Below are positions 10,201 to 18,900 of a stretch of 64,000 nt of DNA, in pieces. The translations under genes were made by a program, and so were the position numbers. How positions within the stretch are numbered: the stretch's first letter is position 1; each line of letters begins with the position of its first letter. The notes below the pieces were generated by a model, which was not told where the DNA came from, did no database searches, and worked only from the letters and a program-made list of their open reading frames with translations. This DNA comes from a virus: positions 1 through 64,000 of IMG/VR virus record IMGVR_UViG_3300035490_000323; one strand, 5' to 3'.

Positions 10201-12756
10201 GCACTGGGTGCCTGCTCCGACAAGACCCTTGACCTTGTGGTCAGGTGCCTTGCCTACAAGTACCCCACCAACCTGGTGGAGTGGCTGGAGCACAACAACA
10301 CCGACTACAGCGGGCAGGCCACCGGGTTTATGGAGAGGGGGTTCGGCGACTCCCAGGCCCGCAAGTGGCTCTCCAAGCTCAACCTGAAGATAGACGGGGT
10401 CCTGGGCGATGACGATGACATCATAGACTTTATCGAGTTCGCAAGCCTGGACGACGAGGAGAGCACCCTCCTTAACGCCTGGACAGACGCCACGCAGTCC
10501 GGGACCGAGATAGACATGAATAGGGACTTCGAGCACGCTGCCAACGACCTCCTGGGCACGGAGTTCCCCTGGGGTACCATGCTGAGGAGGAAGGGAAAGT
10601 ACTTCTGGGACGACCCCATCTATGAGTTCATGCCCCTGGCCAAGGCTATCGAGGTAGCAGACAGCGGCGAGGACAGCGCCAGCAGCTACATGGAGGCCAA
10701 CGGCAGGGACGACAGCGAGGAGTTCAGGCTGAAGGTTGACGAGCCCTACTACGGATACAACGGCTGGGACGAGTCTGCCGCCGACGAGCGGATAAGCGAG
10801 GGGTTCAGCTTCAAGGAGGAGCCCGAGCCCGAGCCTCCCAAGAAGGCCAGGAGGCCCAGGAAGCCCAGGGCCCCCAAGCCAAAGAAAGTGATGTCGGCGC
10901 TCGGCGACATCGCAGGGAAGTCGGCGCTCGGCGGCATGAAGCTGGCCTACGACTACATGGAGATGTTCCGTGGGCTGCTCCAGGACTTCCCGGGCCGCAA
11001 GGAGACGATAGACGGGGAGATAGCCTGGTGCAAGCGGGTCCTCAAGAAGAGGGACCGCATCACCTGGTGGCTGAGATGGTTCAGGCTCTTCGAGTACCAT
11101 GGCATACGCCACAACCCCATGTACTACTGGAGCAAGTACTCCACCACCGAGGTAGAGGAGCAGCTCCCGCAGAACATCACCCCCGCTATCCGAGAGAGGC
11201 TGGCCGCCCTTTCCAGGAAGTACGACAAGGCCTACACGGACGAGATGCACAGGCTGGGCTGGACCGACTTCCGGGGGGGGCACTACCCCGACTCCACCAG
11301 GCATACGGTAGAGCACTACCTGTCCCTGCCCGTCCCGGAGATACAGGGCCTCGTCTGGGAGAGGCAGCAGCCCTACGAGCTGTTCATGCTCCTGATGGGC
11401 CTGGAGGAGAAGTGGAAGGAGAGGACCAAGGGGGTGGTCGCCCCCCACGAGGGGGACAAGCCGGTCCTGACCTTCGGCGGCGGGTGGGCATGGTGGCTGC
11501 TGGACAGAGGATACTGCGAGGACGAGGCAAGGGCCATGGGGCACTGCGGCAATGTCGCCGGGCAGTACGATGACGACCAGCGCATCCTCAGCCTGCGCCA
11601 GTCGGTGAGGAGGGGCAGCGAGGAGTTCTACGAGCCGCACCTCACCTTCATCCTGCATACCGGGGACAACTCCCTGGGGGAGATGAAGGGGAAGGGCAAT
11701 GCCAAGCCCACGGCAAGGTACCACCCCTACATCGTCAAGCTCCTGGAGAGCGGCCTTGTCGATAGGGTAAGGGGCGGAGGCTACCTTCCCGAGCACAACT
11801 TCAGCATGACGGACCTCCCGCAGGCGGAGCAGGACAGGCTGGTGGCCCTGAAGCCCTCCCTTATGTCCTTCGCCTACCGCCTGGGCAAGGAGGGGATTAC
11901 CAAGGGGCTGCTCTCCGACCTGTCCAGGGTGCTGTCCCCGATGGAGGAGGGAAAGCCCTATCCCGTCAAGGACTGGTACATGCCCAAGCGCCGTGGCTTT
12001 CTCATCAACTCCTACACGCTCAAGGAGTTCACAGAGGAGTTCGGGGACGAGGAAAGCCAGGATGCGGCCGATGTCCTGGAGGGCCGTACCGCGATATCCA
12101 CCGGCATCGGGGGAGGGGAGGGGTACTGGGCGGGGTGGGGGGGCACAGGGGGAGTGGACCCCCTTGAGGACACCCTGTCGGCCATAGGCATGACGACCCT
12201 TATGATGGCGGAGAAGTACTACAGGGGGCTCTCCAAGGAGCTGCTGCCGGACACCCACCTTGTCTGCACCTATGACCAGGCCCGGCGCACGTCCACGGGG
12301 CCGGTGGCCGGAATCCTCAGCTTCATATCCCAGAACAGGCTCCTGGCGGAGTCCAACAGCATCACCGAGGCATGGAAGAGGGGCAGGAACGCCGGGATAA
12401 AGGCCAGCATGCTCAAGGAGCTTGACAGTGCCCTGGACTCCATCCTGGACCGCCGCCTGGAGGACGGCACCATCTTCTACCGCCTCGACCCCGCAAGGTG
12501 GAACTCCGACATCGAGCACATCCTGCCCCTGGAGGAGGCCGTGGCGATAGCCGACCAGGGGCAGACCTTCGAGGATTTCTTCGAGGGGTGGGACCAGAGC
12601 GTCTGGACCCCCGTCATAGAGTTCGAGGTCCCCCCGCAGGGGTGGCCGGGGTGGGACGCCCAGGCGGCAGAGCTTGCCCTGAGGGAGCATTACTCCTCCG
12701 GGCAGGAGGAAGAAGGCAAGAAGCCTAAGCCTAGGGGGAGGAGGAAGGCCAGGTAA
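7288..12756 (+). CDS. 1822-aa protein with three tandem YDYMEMF/PcfJ-like modules, each followed by a variable region
   Basis: Three copies of YDYMEMFRG...DRITW...EAxAMGHCGN...EMKGxGN...YHPYI...GGYLPExNF. Confidence 0.8.
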   Translation: MEKLSYDYMEMFRGILSDFPGQLEHLRREVKWAKTLRKQDRITWFLRWLRIAVYDGIALTLHGDSDPARRELSSKYARLMAAEMQRIGWSDRDMLYISLHSAKDSIVHFLGIPSPAIQNLVWGRQTPAQLLGSFEEAENDWKGADSDRALAPHEDDQVALRFPNGWAWWLLGRGYCPEEAKAMGHCGNVAGRDLPGQRILSLRRPVKGPGGREAWEPHLTFILHIAHKALGEMKGRGNEKPAARYHPYIAALLESPVVEEIWGGGYLPENNFSMADLPRDVQEGLVQKKPALMTFRMRLAKEGAQGPSEELVRDITWKLSMGADDWSPRLRAFRIGTWKSAIDFAGQFGTEETRQVIQLALDGEGIPTSSDMGEDEYVLEALRALSPDNLKRVVDYTRWTDPKALEWWAKNRGNPDTPEGIAQMIGRMDLPNIRTNLYSCWYRGMKNGTVFQLLHACCNEIEKLNPVTPASTELAWGDPSPRAVQTYTRSPDRLLLATPLWETVPLEFAAAVADDEEKDPREMPYRYEEWSGLELKAPPDGWGDFSKRTVNEEARFFFHTGDGIPEQLASLDIAKVAYDYMEMFRGFLADFPRFQPTVTNTISWCKRVLRKRDRITWWLRQMRLFWYNLVADKASAWRYAPATNWPATEVPADNTAMIALADKYQALFDREVRSLGPLGLADRSNYLDLGMFANSNQSTMEHLLSLPVPEIQNLVWERQTKQELFRTLLNYETKWKEESKGVLRPRPGDRPVITFGDGWAWWLLDRGYCEEEARAMGHCGNVNGQNRPYERILSLRKSVRRGGTEYYEPHLTFILDTRDSSLGEMKGKGNNKPAPQYHPYILRLLESDIVSKVKGGGYLPEHNFRLGDLSEEQREELAQRKPSMAAFYIRLKREGPSPALIADIGSALQVGGWDPDLQGYVIRQWENMSSLAEDIGNDTAKWIAKVVGGGEFNRHDSPDFEYGDRSEAMKMALGACSDKTLDLVVRCLAYKYPTNLVEWLEHNNTDYSGQATGFMERGFGDSQARKWLSKLNLKIDGVLGDDDDIIDFIEFASLDDEESTLLNAWTDATQSGTEIDMNRDFEHAANDLLGTEFPWGTMLRRKGKYFWDDPIYEFMPLAKAIEVADSGEDSASSYMEANGRDDSEEFRLKVDEPYYGYNGWDESAADERISEGFSFKEEPEPEPPKKARRPRKPRAPKPKKVMSALGDIAGKSALGGMKLAYDYMEMFRGLLQDFPGRKETIDGEIAWCKRVLKKRDRITWWLRWFRLFEYHGIRHNPMYYWSKYSTTEVEEQLPQNITPAIRERLAALSRKYDKAYTDEMHRLGWTDFRGGHYPDSTRHTVEHYLSLPVPEIQGLVWERQQPYELFMLLMGLEEKWKERTKGVVAPHEGDKPVLTFGGGWAWWLLDRGYCEDEARAMGHCGNVAGQYDDDQRILSLRQSVRRGSEEFYEPHLTFILHTGDNSLGEMKGKGNAKPTARYHPYIVKLLESGLVDRVRGGGYLPEHNFSMTDLPQAEQDRLVALKPSLMSFAYRLGKEGITKGLLSDLSRVLSPMEEGKPYPVKDWYMPKRRGFLINSYTLKEFTEEFGDEESQDAADVLEGRTAISTGIGGGEGYWAGWGGTGGVDPLEDTLSAIGMTTLMMAEKYYRGLSKELLPDTHLVCTYDQARRTSTGPVAGILSFISQNRLLAESNSITEAWKRGRNAGIKASMLKELDSALDSILDRRLEDGTIFYRLDPARWNSDIEHILPLEEAVAIADQGQTFEDFFEGWDQSVWTPVIEFEVPPQGWPGWDAQAAELALREHYSSGQEEEGKKPKPRGRRKAR

Positions 12757-15700
12757 TGGCACAGGACCTAACAGCCATCAGCACGCCCGGCACGACCACC
12801 CAGGGCCCCGCGTTCAAGGCATGGTTCCGGAACTCCGTGGTGAGGAACCCGGACGGCAGCCCGAGGCCTGTCTACCATGGAAGCACGCACAGCTTCGAGG
12901 CCTTCAGCCTGAAGCCCGGCAACCCCGAGAACTGGTACGGCAAGGCGCTCTACTTCACCGACAGCCCCGAGGACGTGGGGAGGAACTACGCCACCCCCGA
13001 CTCGCCGGACCTCAGGGCCCGCATCGACAAGCGCACCGAGCAGCTCATGGACAGGCTGGTGGACGAGCTGGAGCAGGAGCTTGGCGAGGCGCTGAACTGG
13101 AACGACCCCCGCAAGGATAGGCTCTTCCAGGACGCCAAGTCCCAGGCCACCAAGGAGCTTATGGGCCCTGGTGCCATATCCTACAAGCTGTACCTGCGCA
13201 TCGAGCGGCCGGTAGTTATCAGGCAGGGCGGCGGCACCTACTTCGAGATAGACTACAACGAGAGGACCGGGAGGGAGACCGGCTCGGGCATGCGCCTGTA
13301 CAGGGCGGTGATGAAGGCGGCAGGGCAGCTCAACCTCCCGAACAGCGACGAGATATGGCGGCAGTCGGTATCGGCAGACGAGGGGATGACGGAGGGCTTT
13401 ACCGCCCAGCAGTTCGACGAGAACCTCCGCCACTCCGATGCCATGATGGAGGCACGGGACTGGGACGCCACCAACGAGGGCGAGTTCCTCTCCCTTGTCT
13501 ACCGCCTGGCCGGATACGACGGCATCATCATGGAGGACGCCGGGGCCACCTTCCACAACATGGGCATCCCCCCCGGCACCAGGCACTATATCATCTGGAA
13601 CCCCCGCCAGGCCAAGTCCGCCATTGGCAACACGGGCACGTGGAGCACCCGCACCCCCAGGCTGACGGCAGGCTGGGAGGAGGACGAGGGGGACTACGGG
13701 GTAGAGGACTACCCCCAGTGCCTCGGGGACTACGAGTTCAGGACGACATGCGTGTCCGAGGGCACCGGGGAGCACATCCAGGAGATGCTGGACAATGCCA
13801 AGGACTGCGGCTACAGCGAGGTAAAGAGGCACTGCGAGGGGCTGAGGCCGTGGGAGAAGGAGAACGGCTACGCCCCGGACGGCAGCCGTAAGGGGCTTAC
13901 CCTGCGGCACGACTGGGCCGTGAGGTACGGCAGGGGCACCTACAGGAGGATGCCCTGCTACTTTGTCGTGTGGAGCGGCATCGAGCATGTCTGGACGAGG
14001 AAGGGTGCCGGGGGGCAGGAAGGCTGGGAGGACTGGGCAGGGCGGACGTCAAGCAAGGGTGCTGGGAAGTCTGCCGGGAAGCCAGGCAAGGCAGGCCTCC
14101 TGTACCACGGCACCACGAAGGCCAACCTCCCGTCCATCATGTCCGAGGGTCTCAAGCCCACGGTGGGGCGCTATGCCGAGCTATGGCATGGCAGGGACCA
14201 TAACGACACGAGCAAGTCCAACAACCTGGCCCCCGTGGTGTTTGCCGCCCCCAGGGAGCACCTCGACGACTGCCTGCTGGCCATCTTCGCTGCCCTCAGC
14301 AAGGACTTCCCCAGGACCTCCACGGAGCAGTTCTTCGACAATGCCGTCCTCCTGGAGCTTCCCGCCGACCAGTTCACAAGGAACAGGTGGAAGCGCCCGC
14401 CGAGAAATATGAAGCATGTGGAGTCGAGGGACTACTACAGCACCAGCCCTGTCAGGCCTATCCGGGCGATAACAGGGGAGGAGCTGCGGGGGTTCGCAGG
14501 GTATGCCTACCAGAGCGCCCGCCAGGAGTGGTTCGGGGCATACGACCCGGAGAGCCCTGGGCGCAGGCTCGCGGCGGGGAAGGAATGGCCCCCCTGGATT
14601 GGGGTGGACCTGGACGGCACGCTCGCCGAGGAGCAGAGCCCGTTCGACCCGCTGACCATCGGCAGGCCAGTCCCGGAGATGGTGAGGAAGGTCAGGCAGG
14701 CATTGGAGGACGGCGTGGAGGTACGGGTCTTCACCGCCCGGCTTGCAGACAAGGGGCTCAGGGACAGGATTAAGCAGGCCATCAGGGACTATACCAGGGA
14801 GCACGTCGGCAGGGAGCTGGACAGCACCAACGAGAAGGACCCTGGCCTCAGGGAGATATGGGACGACAAGGCCAGGAGGGTGAGGAAGGACGAGGGCACC
14901 TTCGCCCTGCGGGGCACCGAGCGCCAGCCCTCCCGGGCCGACAGGTACCTGCGCGAGATGTGGAGCCCCGGCGACGGCGCTTGGTTCGAGTACCACTGCT
15001 GGGAAGACCCCAAGTCCTGCGATGCCAACCTGTGGTACCATTCGCACCAGAGGGTCACCGTGCTCGGCAAGGCGGACGCGGACGGCTGGCACAAGGGCTG
15101 GGATGGCAGCATGATGAAGGACCGTGCGGAGGCGGGTGCCCCGAGGGCGTATACGGTGAGATTCCAGGACGGGTACGAACGCACCGCCGGGGAAGACGAG
15201 CTGATGACCAGCCGGAGGGGATTCTACCGCCCCGACCCGCCAAGGCCGCCCAAGGCGTTCGCCCTGCGGGGGAGCATTATCGTCGAGGAGCCCCTCTACC
15301 ACGTCACCTTCAGGAAGAACCTGAGGAGAATCCTCAGGGAGGGGCTCCGTGGCGACCAGGAGCCTAACTGGCCCTTCGACTCGTCCCCCGGCAACGTGTA
15401 CCTGATGACCAGGGACGGGCTGGACTTCTGGATGGACAGGTACGAGGACCTGCTCCGCGAGATGGGGAGCAGGTCAAAGCTGGTGGTTCTGGAGGTATCC
15501 CCCAAGGGGCTTATGTTCCAGGAGGATATACAGGGCACCGAGGACTCGGGGACAGAGGCATACCGTACCGGCTTCGTCCCTCCGGGGAACATACATGCCA
15601 ACTGGCGGAGGACTGCCTCGCTTGGCAAGGCGGCCTTCAGGAGGCGTGCCCCCCTCTACCATGTGACCTTCTCGAAGAGCGTCCCGGCCATCCTGCGGGA

Positions 15701-15977
15701 TGGCCTGGTGCCGAAGACATACCCCAAGCTCCCCCCCAGCCAGTGGGAGAAAGGGGTATACCTTACCAGCAAGGAGGGCATACCGTTCTGGGAGAACATC
15801 CTGCGGGATGACATGAAGTGGGGGGGGTTCCACGACCAGCTCTCCGTCCTGGAGGTCTCGCCTGAGGGGCTGGAGCTGGAGTACGACCGGCAGGGGACAG
15901 GGGACTCTGGCGCGAAGGCGTACATTACCCCAAGGGTCCCGCCAGAGAATATCTCCGTCCTGCGGGGGCCTGTCTAG
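12756..15977 (+). CDS. Polyvalent protein: ART-PolyVal ADP-ribosyltransferase + three Tpt1/KptA-like ART domains + HAD phosphatase + two unknown domains
   Basis: FKAWF...VYHGS...YFT...GYDGII...QAKSAIGN; LYHGTTKANLPSIMSEGL; WIGVDLDGTLA...FTAR...WDD (HAD); LYHVT..IL..GL twice. Confidence 0.75.
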   Translation: MAQDLTAISTPGTTTQGPAFKAWFRNSVVRNPDGSPRPVYHGSTHSFEAFSLKPGNPENWYGKALYFTDSPEDVGRNYATPDSPDLRARIDKRTEQLMDRLVDELEQELGEALNWNDPRKDRLFQDAKSQATKELMGPGAISYKLYLRIERPVVIRQGGGTYFEIDYNERTGRETGSGMRLYRAVMKAAGQLNLPNSDEIWRQSVSADEGMTEGFTAQQFDENLRHSDAMMEARDWDATNEGEFLSLVYRLAGYDGIIMEDAGATFHNMGIPPGTRHYIIWNPRQAKSAIGNTGTWSTRTPRLTAGWEEDEGDYGVEDYPQCLGDYEFRTTCVSEGTGEHIQEMLDNAKDCGYSEVKRHCEGLRPWEKENGYAPDGSRKGLTLRHDWAVRYGRGTYRRMPCYFVVWSGIEHVWTRKGAGGQEGWEDWAGRTSSKGAGKSAGKPGKAGLLYHGTTKANLPSIMSEGLKPTVGRYAELWHGRDHNDTSKSNNLAPVVFAAPREHLDDCLLAIFAALSKDFPRTSTEQFFDNAVLLELPADQFTRNRWKRPPRNMKHVESRDYYSTSPVRPIRAITGEELRGFAGYAYQSARQEWFGAYDPESPGRRLAAGKEWPPWIGVDLDGTLAEEQSPFDPLTIGRPVPEMVRKVRQALEDGVEVRVFTARLADKGLRDRIKQAIRDYTREHVGRELDSTNEKDPGLREIWDDKARRVRKDEGTFALRGTERQPSRADRYLREMWSPGDGAWFEYHCWEDPKSCDANLWYHSHQRVTVLGKADADGWHKGWDGSMMKDRAEAGAPRAYTVRFQDGYERTAGEDELMTSRRGFYRPDPPRPPKAFALRGSIIVEEPLYHVTFRKNLRRILREGLRGDQEPNWPFDSSPGNVYLMTRDGLDFWMDRYEDLLREMGSRSKLVVLEVSPKGLMFQEDIQGTEDSGTEAYRTGFVPPGNIHANWRRTASLGKAAFRRRAPLYHVTFSKSVPAILRDGLVPKTYPKLPPSQWEKGVYLTSKEGIPFWENILRDDMKWGGFHDQLSVLEVSPEGLELEYDRQGTGDSGAKAYITPRVPPENISVLRGPV

Positions 15978-15999
15978 CCGTTCCCTCTAATAGAGACAC

Positions 16000-18900
16000 A
16001 TGGCGATAGCGGACAAGTTCGACCTGGGCTTCGTGGGGAGGCTGATGCGCTCCCGCAACGGCACCGTTGTCGGCACGCTCGGCGACCTGCTGAAGAGCCC
16101 CAGGGCGAGGGACCTCTACAAGGAGGCCCTGGGCGTGCCCGTCATGGTCCTGGACAGGCCCGTGCAGGGGGGCAAGTTCGTGGACAGCCCCGACCCCAAC
16201 CTCAGGTTCTTCGGGGCCTGCGGCTCCCTCCGTGGCAAGGCATGCATATTCGTCAACCCCCGCTGGGGGGAGGAGGAGACCATAAGGACCCTCCTGGAGG
16301 AGGGGGCGCACGCCCTGCGCAAGCTGAAGGGCAGGCCAGCGACGAAGCAGGACATCACGGCCCTTACCTCGGAGAACATCGGGGAGATGCACGACAGCCT
16401 GCCGGAGGAGGTGTCCGCCAAGCAGATGGCGGAGTATGTCCTGAAGACAGCCGCCCAGCTTCCCTCCGTGGCCTTCCGCCAGGTGTGGCATATCGGCAGC
16501 ATGGACCCCGAGGACAAGGGGAAGGATAGCCTGGAGGGGGCGGGGCTCAGCATATCCACCCACCCCGAGGAATGGCAGCAGATAGCCGAGCTGGGCGAGG
16601 GCCCGGTCTGGGAGCTTACGAGGAAGGGCAACAGGTTCCTTGACTTCCACCGCCTCACCAAGGCGCAGCTCGGTGCCATGGCCGACTGGGGGGCGCAGCA
16701 GGGCCTCATAGAGAGGCGGCCCGCCTGGCAGGTCAGGTGGTGGGACAGCGAGGACAACGGGTTCAGGTACGCGGAGACCGAGACCGAGGAGGAGGCGAAG
16801 GAGGAGGCCGGGGCGGTCGGGGGCAAGGTAAGGGCGCTCAGCAGCATAGCCTACCCGACTGACAGGCTGAGGAAGGCCACCAGGAACCCCCGTGCCAACT
16901 CCGTGGTGGCCATGGACCTGCTGGCGACGGTCTATGCCGACAAGGCCCTGGGCTGGGACGGCGTATGGTGGCAGGATACCCTGGACGTGCCTGGCCTCAG
17001 CGCCCCGAGGGGCGTTATCCTCCCCTCCAGGCTGGCAGGGTGGCAGAGGCGGCAGGTAGGCATGGAGGGGATAGAGGACTACGGTGCCCCCGGCAGGAGG
17101 GTATCCTCGGACAGGAGGTTCATCTGGCAGGGCAGGCATGGCAAGGCCCCGCAGCCCGGCGTCCCCTATTACCATGTCGCCCCGGCCAGCTACCAGGAGG
17201 GCCAGGATATCTACTCCTACGATGCCTACCAGGACGAGTTCGGCGAGGAGCCCGAGTGGAAGTGGGAGGAGGGCCAGATTGGGGATACCGACAAGGTCTC
17301 CCTGCATGACAGCCTGGAGGAGGCAGAGGGCTTCCGGGAGGAGTGGGTCCCCGGTGGCAGGGTCATAGAGGTCGTGTTCCCCTCCCCGCTGGGGCAGCTA
17401 GGCCTGTCCGGAGGGGTGAACGGCGAGGGGTACCCGTTCGTCCGCCATCGTATACCAGGGGGGTTCGTCAGGAAGGTCAGCAGTGGCCGGAAAACACTGG
17501 AGGAGCTTGCCCTGGAGTTCCGTGAGAGGCAGGAGGACTGGTTCGAGTGGCAGGATGACAAGGCGTGCTTCCGGGAACAGTGCCTTGGCATAGCCAGGGG
17601 CCTGGCCAAGTTCCTGACGGAGAACGGCATCCCTGCCGAGCCTTGGCACAGTTACTATTATGACGATGACGGGAAGCCCCATAACCACTGGTGGGTCATA
17701 GCCGGGGGCAGGGTGGTGGATGTAACGGCCGACCAGTTCCATCCCGAGGACCCCGACAGCTACCGGGTGGTCATAACAAGCCTGGATGACCCTCACTACA
17801 GGCAGAGGAAGGCCAGGCAGGCCGGGACAGAGTCCTCCCCCCAGTCCGTTCCCGCCATGCAGGGGTGGGGCTATGACGAGCCGTTCCCTGACAGGCACTC
17901 GGACTTCTTCGAGCTGGTGGAGAACCCCCACACGGACAGGGGCAGGGAGACCAGGGTGCTGGAGACCGGGGCACCGCCGCCCGAGGGCGGCGAGGGCAAG
18001 CCTGCCAGGGGAGAGCCTGGCCAGGAGGGCACGCTGGTCAGGCCGATGGCGTCCTTCAGGAGCGCCCTCCTGCGCAAGAAGGCATACAGTATCCTGGCGG
18101 TGTTCTGGGTCAAGCTCCAGGGGCGCATCCTGCTGTTCCCCAACAGGTTCCTCAACCATGACCAGATTCTACAGGAGACAGGCATCCCTGCGGGCGGCCC
18201 GGAGTACGACAGGATGCTGCGGGGCAGGGTGTTCATAGACCGGGAGAGGCGGCGGGTGAGGTTCACCCGGCACGGTGGGGGCTATACCCCCAACGATGTG
18301 GTGGAGGAGATTGTCAGCCGCTACCACCTCCAGGACTGGGAGATGGAGGACGAGGGCGAGGCCATGGGCAGGTACGGCTCTGTCCAGGGCGGGCCCGTGG
18401 TCGAGAGGCTCGGCCGTGAGGACATCCCCGAGGCCCTGGAGGTCATCGCCCAGTGCTTCCCCCAGTACGCGGACATCGCCGACGTGGTCTCCAGGGACGT
18501 CCGGGGGGACTTCAGCCTCTCCTATGGGATGAGGCTGGAGGGCAGGATTATAGGCTGCTACCTCCTGGGCCGCGTGCAGCTACCCGAGGAGTACCCCGGC
18601 CGCCCCGAGGCACAGGCATACGCAGGTAAGAGGGGCGTGCGGGGGGTGTGCCTGTGCCTGCTGCCCCAGTACCGTGGCAAGGGGTGGGGGGCAAGGCTTC
18701 GGGCCGTCCCGCTCTCCCTGGGGGCGGACTATGTCTGGGGCGAGCATTACAGCAGCCTGGACAACCTCGGCAAGTGGACGAGCTTCGGACGCAGGCTGCT
18801 GTTCGACACGAAGGATGCCAAGGGGCAGCCCTACCATGTTACCGTCATGGACCTGAGGGGGGGGCCGCCGAAGGCCGCCTCCTCCAGGGACCCCTACCTC

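Noticed and set aside
5272-12756. Diversity-generating retroelement template/variable repeats among the repeated modules
   Set aside because: Differences are not adenine-specific and no reverse transcriptase is seen in the window.
9319-12762. 1147-aa antisense ORF (and similar long shadow ORFs such as 2313-3857, 4150-5757, 47355-48815)
   Set aside because: Mirror frames of GC-rich real genes with no recognisable motifs; expected from codon bias.
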